Source: Candidatus Binatia bacterium (GTDB taxonomy: Bacteria; Desulfobacterota; Binatia; UBA9968; CAXXLF01). From it: 64,000 nucleotides of DNA. The position numbers and the translations under genes are program-made. The stretch is from contig CAXXLF010000001.1 of NCBI GenBank assembly GCA_963664015.2, positions 352,001 to 416,000 on the forward strand, read 5' to 3'. The notes under the pieces are model-generated. The model did no database searches. It was given only the letters and a program-made list of their open reading frames with translations, and was not told the DNA's origin. The stretch's first letter is position 1, and the number at the start of each line of letters is the position of its first letter. Positions 47,074-56,764 of this stretch are shown here, in pieces.

Positions 47074-48876
47074 TTATATTTTGTTTATGATACTCAGGTT
47101 CTCTTCGACTTCTTTCGGATCTAAAAAGGGATAACTGTCTTCGAGCGCCGTTTGCTTCATGGTCCCATCCCTATTTCTTCGATTAATTGCTTTGGGCGCC
47201 TGTATCTGATTGTGGTCCATCATGATTTCACAGAGGACCGGTCCCTCGTGGCTCACAACTTCTTCAATATGCCTCTTCAGATCCTGATGGGATTTGAGAC
47301 GGACCCCTTTAAAACGGTGGGCTTCAGCAATTTTCATAAAGTCCGGAAAGGAGAGTCCCGATTCCTCATTGCTCCCCATAACCCGCCCCTCAAATCCGAG
47401 TTCCTGGGTCTGCTTGATGCTGAGATAGCCACCGTTGTTCAGGACAAACAGTTTGACCGGGAGACGATGGTGCATAATGGTAGCCATTTCCTGAATTGTC
47501 ATGAGAAGCCCACCCTCTCCGGCAATGCAAACCGTCCGCTTTTTCCCACTGCCGAAACAGGCTCCAACGGCTGCCGGCAGGCCCCAACCCATGGAGGCGA
47601 GACCACAATTAGTAAACACCCTCTGCCCTTTTTTTACTCGGAACGCCTGATGGGTATTCTGAAAGGCAAATCCCATATCTGTAACTACGATGTCGTTGGG
47701 TGTTAGGACGTCCGAGAGGACGTCGATAAAATGATAGGAGTTCACACTACCGGCTTGTTCCCGATATTCAGGCAAGACAACCGGATATTTCCGCTTCCAC
47801 TGCTGACACTGTTCGAGCCAGTGGCCCCATTGTTGAATATCCAGGTTCTCTTGAGAGAGCTGACGGCTCAATTCTTGCAAGAACAGTTTTGCGTCGGTTT
47901 GGATTTTCAGATGGAGATTGACTGTATCTTTATTCAACTCCGCCTGGTCGATATCGACCATGATTACTTTAGCATTCCGCGCATAATCTTTTGCATTATA
48001 GCCGGTTTGCGCAAGCGAAAGGCGTGTACCGATTGCCAAATATAGATCGGAGGTTTGCACTGCAAAGTTGGCTCCTCGTTGAGCAAAGGTCCCTGGACGA
48101 CCTACATAGAGCTCATGATCCCAAGGTACCATATCGTTTGCATTTCTTGCAGTCACAAAGGGTAGCCGGAATTTCTCCACGAGTTTGGAGAATTCCTCTC
48201 CGGCACTGGCAATCCGCACTCCCTGCCCGATGTGGACCAGAGGGCGTCTGGCGGATTTTAAAAGTTTCACGACCTGGGCTACTTTTGATCCCAGATCGGG
48301 ATCCAAGTGCACCTCATATTCTTTGGGGTCGAATCCTCTTAGTGAAGCCGGATCGACAATAGCGTTTTGGATATTGGCCGGAATATCAATCCAGGTGGGT
48401 CCAGGCCGGCCATGAGTTGCCAAATACACGGCCTTTTCCAGATGGCGTCGGATTTCTTGAGCATCCTCCACCATGACAGCATATTTGGTGATGGGTCGAA
48501 CGATATCGACAATGTTTATTTCTTGAACTCCCATCGTTCTCAATCCGGGGTGTTTGCTGATGGTTTGGGCAAGAAACACCTGGCCTGAAATCATCACGTG
48601 CGGGACATGATCCAGCCAGGACCCCGCAACACCCGTGATGGCATTCGTTCCTCCTGGACCTGTAGTGACCAGAGTAACCCCCAGCCCCTGCCGGACACGA
48701 GCGTATGCCTCCGTTGCCATAGAGGCTGCCTGCTCATGATGGCAGGCAACATATTTCATCTTTTTAGCTGCGCCTAAAGCGTCGCATAGAAAGATCGATC
48801 CTCCACCTGAAACGGTAAAGATGGTATCCACCCCTTGATTTTCAAAAAATTCGATAACGTAATCGGAAACGCGCAT
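47074..48876 (-). CDS. ThDP-dependent enzyme, acetolactate synthase-like (YerE-type carboligase candidate)
   Basis: HHEQAA, TTGPGGTN, GRPGP.W.DIP, SMGWGLPAA.GA, GEGG...LNNGGY ThDP motif. Confidence 0.9.
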   Translation of the reverse strand: MRVSDYVIEFFENQGVDTIFTVSGGGSIFLCDALGAAKKMKYVACHHEQAASMATEAYARVRQGLGVTLVTTGPGGTNAITGVAGSWLDHVPHVMISGQVFLAQTISKHPGLRTMGVQEINIVDIVRPITKYAVMVEDAQEIRRHLEKAVYLATHGRPGPTWIDIPANIQNAIVDPASLRGFDPKEYEVHLDPDLGSKVAQVVKLLKSARRPLVHIGQGVRIASAGEEFSKLVEKFRLPFVTARNANDMVPWDHELYVGRPGTFAQRGANFAVQTSDLYLAIGTRLSLAQTGYNAKDYARNAKVIMVDIDQAELNKDTVNLHLKIQTDAKLFLQELSRQLSQENLDIQQWGHWLEQCQQWKRKYPVVLPEYREQAGSVNSYHFIDVLSDVLTPNDIVVTDMGFAFQNTHQAFRVKKGQRVFTNCGLASMGWGLPAAVGACFGSGKKRTVCIAGEGGLLMTIQEMATIMHHRLPVKLFVLNNGGYLSIKQTQELGFEGRVMGSNEESGLSFPDFMKIAEAHRFKGVRLKSHQDLKRHIEEVVSHEGPVLCEIMMDHNQIQAPKAINRRNRDGTMKQTALEDSYPFLDPKEVEENLSIINKI

Positions 48877-48894
48877 TAACCAAATTTCTCCGTG

Positions 48895-51489
48895 TTAGTC
48901 CTCTTGGATAAGGTCGATCATCATGTTTTCTCGCAATGTCTTGCGGTCCAAGAACGGATACATATCTTCCAGGGGCTTGGCAACCCATTTTTGATCATCT
49001 CGGATGGTAAAACCAGGACGTGGAATTTTGTCTTGGTCATCCTCAACCTGAATTTCACAAACCGCAGGACCCACTACTTTTAGCCATTCCCGGAGCGTTG
49101 AAGAAAGTTGACTGGAGTGGGTTACCTCAAAGGTTGGAATTCCAAATGCCCTGGCAATTGGAATCAGCGGAGCGGATCCTAGACGGATCTCATGATCGGT
49201 TCCCACAAAGCGAGCTCCAAAATAGTCTCTCTGGATGTTTCGAATAATGGAATGTCCCCTACTTTTAAAAATGAGCACTTTGATCGGCAACCGATAATCG
49301 AGAATGGTTTGAAGATCCTGAATACTGATCTGAAAGCCGCGGTCCTCGCAAAGACAAACCACCGGTTTGCGATCTATGGCCACGCTGGCGCCGATAGCCC
49401 CTGCCAGCGCAAAACCGGGCAGTTCTAATCCTGTGGAGCTGATGAGCCTTTGGCCCGACTTAAAGCGAAAGGCCAAAAGGGTGTAGATCAAGGTCGCACC
49501 CCCATCGGCCACAATAACATCATTTTCATCCAGTTCAGCAGACAGAATGCGGAGGAGAGGGAGGGGATATATCAACCCATCCTCCATTTTATTCAACGGA
49601 AGTGACGGACCCGTATAGGAATCTGGAGGAAACATGACTCGCCACTCACGGCAGCTTGCTATCCAGGGGGAATAGGAGGGAAGGGCAGCAGATACAAGCG
49701 CCAGACACTCGCGGATAAACTGTCCCGCATCCAGGGCAAGAGGAAGATCCGGTTTTATTGTCGGCTTTTCAAGCTCGTTGGGATCGATGTCGACCACAAC
49801 TTTTCGGGCGCCTCGCGCAAAGGCGCAGGTGTTACGACCGATCAGAGGGATGGAGAGGCGTGAACCGATACTAATCAACAAGTCACAGTTCTGAATGACA
49901 AAATTAGCACTTCGCTGTCCATAGGTGCTGGGCCGGCCAAAAAAGTAAGGGTGATCATCCGGTACAAGGTCAGCGCCACGCCGACTGGTGACCACGGGTA
50001 TCTTAAGCTGGTCGATCAACTCCAAAAACTCTTTGGCCGCCTTCGCGCTGCGGATTCCGCTTCCGGCCAAAATAACCGGACGGGATGCCTGCTTGAGAAA
50101 ATTAATCACCTCAAGAATTTGTTGGCGAACTTCGTTGGCTGATCCCGTGCAATCCGAACCCAATTCCTTGGGATCAAAATGTTTGAGATCTTCTTCGTCA
50201 ATAACCATTCCCTGGATATCGATCGGGAGGTCGACCCAGACAGGCCCTGGCCTCCCCTGGGTGGCAAGATAAACAGCCTTCTCCAGGTGATACCGGATCA
50301 TCGTCGGATCGGTGACCTTGATGGCATACTTTGTAATTGGATTGATCAGATCGACGACACTCAACGCCTTATTACCCAATTGCCGAACTCGGCCATCAGT
50401 ATCCTGATCGGTTCGTGCCTGACCGGAAATTACCAGCGCGGGGACGGAATCCACCCAGGCATTTGCCACTCCAGGAACAGTATTCGCGGCCGCGGCCCCT
50501 GACGAGACCACCAGAGCCCCTAAGCCCGAGCGCATTTTACAAAACGCTTCGACGGCAAGAGAAGCACTCTTTTCATTCTGGGTGTAAACAAAACTCAACC
50601 CCTCATGCCTCCCAATGGAGTCGAGTAAATGAACATTGGCCTCTCCCGGCACAATAAAGATCGGGTTTATATTTTTCTCGCTCAAGAAGGAAGCAACACA
50701 ATCTGAAACCTTGAGAATACGGTCGATTTTCCTGATGATTAGTATTTCCGTATTAGGACAGACGTCCATTTGGTCAAATTGCTTAAGGTCCTTGACCGTC
50801 ATCGTATCCCCCACTTCGATAACCGAATGGTTGGAAGGACTGAGAAACTGCCCTTTGAGAATGCAGATGACATCTTCCGGCTTCAGCAGTTCCAGGATTT
50901 CGTCCAGAACTTTCTCATCGGTCAGCTTTTTGAATGTCATAGAGCATTGCCCGAAGCGTTTTTTGAGATTGTGCTGAATTCCCGGGTTCTGAAACGAGAT
51001 GTAGTTATAGTTTTGGGTATTCAAGGAGTGCTGATCTTCTGTTTCGTACCCCTTTCCTTTACGCCCGTATTTGTCCATGAGCCGTGCCAGATCGCGTTTA
51101 TTGACGGGGGTTTCGATTTCCATAACAAAGGCGCCGGTTTCCGAAATGGCTGCAGTCTGGTGAAAGACTCCCTTATCGATGAGCAACCCCTCTCCGGCAG
51201 ACCGATCCAAGCCTTTCGATATTGTGGAGCAGTTTACTTTTCCTTCTAACACAACCAGGGAGGTCTTCTTCGTTGGATGGCAGTGCATTGAAGTTTGAGC
51301 GCCACACCTCACATAGAGGATCCAGACAGCGATCGATTCATTGGCAAAGATTAGGTACTCGTAGCCCCAGGGTTTTTTGACGACCACCTTTGAATAGTCA
51401 TAAAAATCGTCTTTCAGGTCTTCGAGGTCAACCTGCAGATTTGCCAATGCCTCCGTGTCATTGTCTGTTTTGATCAATCGCCTAATCAT
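48895..51489 (-). CDS. Cupin-fused acetolactate synthase-like protein with degenerate ThDP motif
   Basis: KPWGYE...SMHCH cupin (about residues 35-130). ALS-like from about residue 260 (QNEKSA, GRPGPVWVDLP). GDG...NN replaced by EDRG...KS. Confidence 0.82.
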   Translation of the reverse strand: MIRRLIKTDNDTEALANLQVDLEDLKDDFYDYSKVVVKKPWGYEYLIFANESIAVWILYVRCGAQTSMHCHPTKKTSLVVLEGKVNCSTISKGLDRSAGEGLLIDKGVFHQTAAISETGAFVMEIETPVNKRDLARLMDKYGRKGKGYETEDQHSLNTQNYNYISFQNPGIQHNLKKRFGQCSMTFKKLTDEKVLDEILELLKPEDVICILKGQFLSPSNHSVIEVGDTMTVKDLKQFDQMDVCPNTEILIIRKIDRILKVSDCVASFLSEKNINPIFIVPGEANVHLLDSIGRHEGLSFVYTQNEKSASLAVEAFCKMRSGLGALVVSSGAAAANTVPGVANAWVDSVPALVISGQARTDQDTDGRVRQLGNKALSVVDLINPITKYAIKVTDPTMIRYHLEKAVYLATQGRPGPVWVDLPIDIQGMVIDEEDLKHFDPKELGSDCTGSANEVRQQILEVINFLKQASRPVILAGSGIRSAKAAKEFLELIDQLKIPVVTSRRGADLVPDDHPYFFGRPSTYGQRSANFVIQNCDLLISIGSRLSIPLIGRNTCAFARGARKVVVDIDPNELEKPTIKPDLPLALDAGQFIRECLALVSAALPSYSPWIASCREWRVMFPPDSYTGPSLPLNKMEDGLIYPLPLLRILSAELDENDVIVADGGATLIYTLLAFRFKSGQRLISSTGLELPGFALAGAIGASVAIDRKPVVCLCEDRGFQISIQDLQTILDYRLPIKVLIFKSRGHSIIRNIQRDYFGARFVGTDHEIRLGSAPLIPIARAFGIPTFEVTHSSQLSSTLREWLKVVGPAVCEIQVEDDQDKIPRPGFTIRDDQKWVAKPLEDMYPFLDRKTLRENMMIDLIQED

Positions 51490-51546
51490 GCTTCTAAACC
51501 GCTCAGGTAAAATCCTATAGATGGAGCTTGCTTTCTTCGGTATTTG

Positions 51547-52653
51547 TCATAAAGTCCCGTAAAACCCCCGAATCGAGCTTACAATATAATCAATCTGCTC
51601 GAACGTCACATGATGATGAGCGGGAAGGGTAATAACTTCTTCCGCTTGTCGCTCGCATACCGGGAAGTCCCCGGGCTTATGTCCCAACTCCGAAGCCGCC
51701 CTTTGAAGATGGATCGGAATTGGATAATGAACTTTGGCCTCAATACCGTGAGCGATCAGATGATCTAAAAGCTGATCTCTCTTCGTCGCGCAGGCAAGGT
51801 ATATTTGGTATATCTCGCGATATCCCGGTGGTCGGTAGGGGATCCGAATGAACCGGCCCAGATCGCTAAGGCCGGCATCGAGTCTGCCCGCGTTCCGAAT
51901 ACGGGTCTCCAGTGAATCGTCGATATTATCCAACAAACGGCTTGCAACGACTGCCTGCACCGGCTGTAGCCTGTTATTGACACCCCAAAATTCAACGTGA
52001 TCGCGATCCTTCAGCCCGTGGTTATGATAGAGGCGCAAGTAGGCTGCTGCTTCGTCATCATCGGTTACGACAATACCTCCGTCGCCCCACACGTTAAGAG
52101 GCTTGAGCGGATGCATACTAAAAGCGTTGACCTTGCCGAATGTTCCCACACTGCGTCCGTTCACTCTGGCACCCACAGCGGCGCATGCATCCTCTACGAC
52201 CGGCACCCGGTACTGCGCCGCAATAGACACTATGGCTTCGATATCCGCAGGACATCCGGCCCAATGGACAGGTAAAATAGCCCGCGTTCTGGGGGTGATG
52301 GCCGTTTCAATTTTACTCGCGTCCATCTGATAGCGTTCGTCGCAATCCACAAAAACCAGTTTGCCCCCTGCCGCGACCACCGCACCGGCGGTCGCAATAA
52401 AGGAATTCGGCACGGTGATGACCTCATCGCCCGGCATTACACCGACCGCTTTCAATGCCAAAATAAGTGCGTCGGTACCCGTGTTCGTACCTATGGCGTG
52501 TTTCACGCCAATGTAACGAGCGAATTTTCTCTCGAATTCCTCAACGAACGGCCCCAGCGTAAACTCTCCGGTCTTTACCAGACGCCGTAGATCATCGAAA
52601 TAGGGTTCAGCGTCGGCGAACTGTTGATCCAGATACGAATATTTAACCTGCAT
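51547..52653 (-). CDS. DegT/DnrJ/EryC1/StrS PLP aminotransferase
   Basis: GTDAL, PVHWAG, EDACAA, FSMHPLK, GDGG, HYP.P.H. Start taken at ATG 52653. Confidence 0.9.
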   Translation of the reverse strand: MQVKYSYLDQQFADAEPYFDDLRRLVKTGEFTLGPFVEEFERKFARYIGVKHAIGTNTGTDALILALKAVGVMPGDEVITVPNSFIATAGAVVAAGGKLVFVDCDERYQMDASKIETAITPRTRAILPVHWAGCPADIEAIVSIAAQYRVPVVEDACAAVGARVNGRSVGTFGKVNAFSMHPLKPLNVWGDGGIVVTDDDEAAAYLRLYHNHGLKDRDHVEFWGVNNRLQPVQAVVASRLLDNIDDSLETRIRNAGRLDAGLSDLGRFIRIPYRPPGYREIYQIYLACATKRDQLLDHLIAHGIEAKVHYPIPIHLQRAASELGHKPGDFPVCERQAEEVITLPAHHHVTFEQIDYIVSSIRGFYGTL

Positions 52654-52666
52654 GGCTTCCCTGCTC

Positions 52667-53785
52667 TCAAGTACGGTCTTTATAGAAGTCGGCAATCAGT
52701 TCAACCACGCGGTCCTGCTGGGACTCGGTGATGCTTGGATATAACGGCAGGCTCAGGATGCGGCTCACGTAGCTCATGGTCATAGGAAAATCTGACGAGG
52801 AATAGCCCAGGGAAAGTGCAGCCGGCTGGAGATGAATGGGGGTCTCGTAGTGGACGAGCGCTTCCACACCATTGTCGTTCAGATATCGCCTCAACTCATC
52901 TCGCCGGTCGACCTGGATAACGTAGGTTTGATAAACGCAGTATTCTCCCGGCCCTTCGTCGGGCACACCAACGTAAGGTCTAAGCATGTCGTTATAGCGG
53001 AAGGCCAATTGCCTTCGCGTCTCGGTCCATGCGTCAAGGTACCGCAGCTGGACCCGCAGCATGGCCGCATGAATTTCATCGAGCTTGCAGTTAAAACTCC
53101 AGGAATCGCACCGATCTCGATTAACCAGCCCATGATTGCGTGCTTTGAGCATCTGGTCGAATAGGTCTTGACGATTCGTAGTCATCATACCACTGTCTCC
53201 GAACGTGTGAAGATTCTTCAACGGGTGCATGCTGAAGCAGGCCGTATCACCCCAGCCACCAACCGGCTTTCCATCCAGGCGCGCGCCCACGGCCTGGGCG
53301 GCGTCCTCGACCACGAACAAATGATGCTGCCCTGCTATTTCGAGGATCTCGGGCATTCGCGCTGGTCGCCCGGTCAGATGCACCGGCATCACCCCCTTGG
53401 TGCGGGGCGTAATGGCGGCCTCGAGCTGCTCAGGATCCATATTCCCGTCGGGCCTGATGTCTGCAAAGACGGGCCGTGCGCCGGTCAAAGCGATCGACGA
53501 GGCGGAGGCAATAAAGGAGTTCGGCGCAGTGATCACCTCATCGCCCGGTCCCACTCCCAGGCACCGTAGAACCAGATGCAAAGAGCACGTTCCGTTTCCT
53601 ACCCCAGCGGCGAGCTTGACCCGGCAATAATCTGCGAACTCGCGTTCGAAGCCGGCAACTTCCGGACCCAGAATATACCGGCCGCCGTCCAGGACACTCT
53701 CGACCGCGGCCATCAGTTCCTTTTTGATATCACCAGCTTCCCTGGCGAGTCCGGTGTACGGTATGGAATAAACGATATTGCTCAT
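52667..53785 (-). CDS. DegT/DnrJ/EryC1/StrS PLP aminotransferase
   Basis: GNGT, PVHLTG, EDAAQA, FSMHPLK, RNHG, LSLPLYP. Confidence 0.92.
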   Translation of the reverse strand: MSNIVYSIPYTGLAREAGDIKKELMAAVESVLDGGRYILGPEVAGFEREFADYCRVKLAAGVGNGTCSLHLVLRCLGVGPGDEVITAPNSFIASASSIALTGARPVFADIRPDGNMDPEQLEAAITPRTKGVMPVHLTGRPARMPEILEIAGQHHLFVVEDAAQAVGARLDGKPVGGWGDTACFSMHPLKNLHTFGDSGMMTTNRQDLFDQMLKARNHGLVNRDRCDSWSFNCKLDEIHAAMLRVQLRYLDAWTETRRQLAFRYNDMLRPYVGVPDEGPGEYCVYQTYVIQVDRRDELRRYLNDNGVEALVHYETPIHLQPAALSLGYSSSDFPMTMSYVSRILSLPLYPSITESQQDRVVELIADFYKDRT

Positions 53786-53802
53786 AGATCAGTGCTTGCC
53801 TT

Positions 53803-55410
53803 TCAAGTCTGAGCCGAATTCGACAAGGGGTATCGGCGAGTGTGGCCATCCGTATGTAGCCCCCGCTCATCAGCGGGTGGTAGCAGTGATACGTACTTAC
53901 GGAGAAAGCCACGGCCGATGCGACAATTGATAGGAAAATCCTCAAGGCCGTACATCGTGCCCTTTTCCGCCGTTAAATCCTTAAATCGCTCTTGGAGCCG
54001 CTCATCCTCCGCTGAATAGACGAGCCTCCCATCCAGCCGGTCCAGCATTTCCGTGATCAGATCATTGATCTCCTCAGGCGAATTCTCCACTACTCCTATT
54101 CCCATATTGTCAAACTGATGCTGCATCACGTTGGTGCTGACGGGAGGCGACATCAACCCCTCAAAGCTCATATATTGCAGGCTTTCCAACGAGCGACAAA
54201 GTTTTGGAATAAACAGGTCTTGACTTGAAAAAAGCAGGGCACAGGTTGGTAAAAAATTTGTCAGGACATAAGGAACACCGAAGGTAGCTGCCACTGCACC
54301 CAGACCAGACGAATTGTTAATAAAAAACCGAGACTCGGCACAGAGAAATACATCCATCCAATCGCTACGGAACTCGCTGTTAGCGTAATCGATCACGTGT
54401 TCCATTACGGGGAGGCGTTTCATCGTGGGATTTCCCATCCGGATTACCCACCCACCTCGATCCACAATGCTCTTCACGGCCAAGAGATACGTCCCTATGT
54501 CCGCGTTCCGAAACAAGTCCTGGATGCCCTCGCCATCCTTGAACCCCGCTTCCCGAACGTGTAGACCGACAAACCAGGAACCTTTCGGCACGCCCATCGT
54601 TTCGAGTCGGTCCCAGCCGCGCTCGTAGTCGTTTTGGGAAAGCTTTAGCAGCGGTGGACGCTTTTCCTCTTCCCATTGTTTGTAGAGCATTGCCGCGGCA
54701 GAAGGATGAAACATGAGATTCTCATTACAGATCACTCCGAGGCCTAATGGGTCTTCCAAATATCTTGCTAAGGGTAAGAGTTTTTCAACTGCAGTAGGAT
54801 CAGTGATTACCGTCACGTATTCGCGCCAATAGTTAAGGAAATGAAGGTTGGGAACACTCTGGGTTCCTTTGACCAATAGGATCGGTTTAGCTTGGCCCCT
54901 AAGTCCGAGTATATATGCCTTGACATAGGTATCTAGGAATGACATGGCTCCAATCGTGCTCATCGCTACAACCGGTGAAATAAACCGGAGCCCCAGTCGG
55001 TCGAGCTGATGCCGTTCGGCCAAACTTCGTTGCGCGTCGAGACCTCCCTGAAGCAAGCGAATCGAGTTGTCCAGATTACCCATGGAAAATAGAAGAGAGG
55101 CGCAGCGCTGATAGGCTTCCAGTGACATGGGCTGAAGCGCAATAGTCTTCTCGAAACAATCAACGGCTCGACGGCCGACATTGCTCGCCTTCCTCCCATC
55201 ATGACCCCGCACGGAGACCATCCAGGCATACTTTTGGGCGAGCAGATTTCCCAGCGCGTAGTATCCCGCGATCCGGTCCGGCCTACTATAGATTCCAATC
55301 TCATAGGCGACCGGGATCACACTCAGCCTGAACCACCGGTAGAGGTAAAGCAGAGCCCTGAGCTTTCCCTCTTTATGCGAGCGCACCCACTCGAGCAGAG
55401 CCCTGATCAT
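53803..55410 (-). CDS. Putative glycosyltransferase, TIGR04372-like, with TPR-like N-terminus
   Basis: A..CFEK.IAL.P TPR-like helix pair; GLHVRE, RNADI, GGWVIRMG, IDYA, ENSPEEI. Confidence 0.72.
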   Translation of the reverse strand: MIRALLEWVRSHKEGKLRALLYLYRWFRLSVIPVAYEIGIYSRPDRIAGYYALGNLLAQKYAWMVSVRGHDGRKASNVGRRAVDCFEKTIALQPMSLEAYQRCASLLFSMGNLDNSIRLLQGGLDAQRSLAERHQLDRLGLRFISPVVAMSTIGAMSFLDTYVKAYILGLRGQAKPILLVKGTQSVPNLHFLNYWREYVTVITDPTAVEKLLPLARYLEDPLGLGVICNENLMFHPSAAAMLYKQWEEEKRPPLLKLSQNDYERGWDRLETMGVPKGSWFVGLHVREAGFKDGEGIQDLFRNADIGTYLLAVKSIVDRGGWVIRMGNPTMKRLPVMEHVIDYANSEFRSDWMDVFLCAESRFFINNSSGLGAVAATFGVPYVLTNFLPTCALLFSSQDLFIPKLCRSLESLQYMSFEGLMSPPVSTNVMQHQFDNMGIGVVENSPEEINDLITEMLDRLDGRLVYSAEDERLQERFKDLTAEKGTMYGLEDFPINCRIGRGFLRKYVSLLPPADERGLHTDGHTRRYPLSNSAQT

Positions 55411-55871
55411 CGACCGCGCTCATCCTTTCCCCGCAGATTGCTTGCTTTCCATTCCTCGGCAGAGAATGACCCATTCGCTGACGCTGCGATTGCCATGTCC
55501 CACAGATCCAGCAAATAAATCGGGATTGGGTACCTGGGCGCCTCTTCTCGCAGAACAAATTTAAGCGCCTGTCCTTCCATGCAACGTATGGCTTGATGTC
55601 TGTCATAGCGTGCCCAAAACATCGTGCAGCGACAGTCGGAGTCGTCCTCGTCATCGAACGCAAACAACCAACGCAAATCGTCGCAGTCGTACTCCGTTTC
55701 CTCCCGCAGCTCGCGTCGCGCGCAGGCTTCGATCGTCTCGCCGGGATCACTATGTCCTCCCGGCATAACCCATATCCCGGCATGTCGAAGCCCAGGCTTA
55801 TCGTCACGGTGCTGAAGAAGCGCCGCTCCGTCATCCCGAAGGAGTATGATTCCAGCAACTTCCGCTCTCAT
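55407..55871 (-). CDS. NUDIX hydrolase
   Basis: GGHSDPGETIEACARRELREETEY Nudix box; LQHRDDKP. Confidence 0.9.
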   Translation of the reverse strand: MRAEVAGIILLRDDGAALLQHRDDKPGLRHAGIWVMPGGHSDPGETIEACARRELREETEYDCDDLRWLFAFDDEDDSDCRCTMFWARYDRHQAIRCMEGQALKFVLREEAPRYPIPIYLLDLWDMAIAASANGSFSAEEWKASNLRGKDERGR

Positions 55872-56764
55872 CTTCGCACTTTTACCATATCGCTACGGGT
55901 TTCCCGGAGTCCATCTTCAAGGGTCGTGAACGAAACAGTCGGAAACGCCTTCAACATGGCGGTAATGTCAAAATGCTTGTGAGTAATAGGCCCCCCACGA
56001 GGCAGGTACTCAATTTTCACAGTTTGGCCAACTGCCCGGCACACGAGTTCGGCAACCTCCGCGAAACTGTATGCCCGTCCGGTTGCCAGGTTCAGCGTAC
56101 CGGCGCTCACGTGCTCCGCGCACAGCCTTATAAGTCTGCAGACGTCGCCCACAAATATATGATCGCGCGTCTCTTCCCCTTGACCGAAAAGCGAGATGGT
56201 CTCTTGGGAAACAGCAGTCCGTAGAAAACGGTTCGGCCCGTATCCGTTGTGGGTGTCGCCTAACCCGTACACTCCGCAGGGTCGTAAAACCGCCAGTGGG
56301 ACCCCCGCCTTGCCCGCCGAATGGGACATCATTTTCTCCCGGGCCAGTTGAGCCAGACTGTAGAGACCAGCAGGTTCGCAGGGAGAATCTTCCCGAACCA
56401 GTGAGATCCCGTCTTTGTAAACCGCATCCGAGCTGAGGTAAATGAGGTGGGCACACCCATGGCGTTCGAGAAAGAGACCGACATTCTCCGCCATAGTCAG
56501 ATTCTTCATCAGTGTCGGAAGGTCGTCCCCTTTGTCCCGGGTAAGACAGGATGCGAATACCAGGGTGTCCTCGCGCCGCACCGTCTCCGCAAGCATCCCG
56601 ACCGCCCCCGAAGCCGTGAGGTCGAGGCTGGAGGAAGACATCCCGCAGGCTTCGATCCCCGAACGCTCGAATTCCTTGACCAGATGGGTGCCGATAAAAC
56701 CGGACCCGCCAAGGACAACGACTCGACGCGGATGAACGGCAGTTAGATGAACGTGTTCGAGCAT
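55868..56764 (-). CDS. Atypical extended SDR epimerase/reductase
   Basis: GGSGFIG, SSDAVY, YSLAQ (YxxxK Lys replaced by Gln), RD.I.V.D. AGGAGG before ATG 56764. Confidence 0.8.
   Translation of the reverse strand: MLEHVHLTAVHPRRVVVLGGSGFIGTHLVKEFERSGIEACGMSSSSLDLTASGAVGMLAETVRREDTLVFASCLTRDKGDDLPTLMKNLTMAENVGLFLERHGCAHLIYLSSDAVYKDGISLVREDSPCEPAGLYSLAQLAREKMMSHSAGKAGVPLAVLRPCGVYGLGDTHNGYGPNRFLRTAVSQETISLFGQGEETRDHIFVGDVCRLIRLCAEHVSAGTLNLATGRAYSFAEVAELVCRAVGQTVKIEYLPRGGPITHKHFDITAMLKAFPTVSFTTLEDGLRETRSDMVKVRR

Noticed and set aside
47074-51489. Branched-chain amino-acid biosynthesis (ilvB/ilvI)
   Set aside because: No small regulatory subunit or other ilv genes; the sugar-pathway context favours a YerE-like role.
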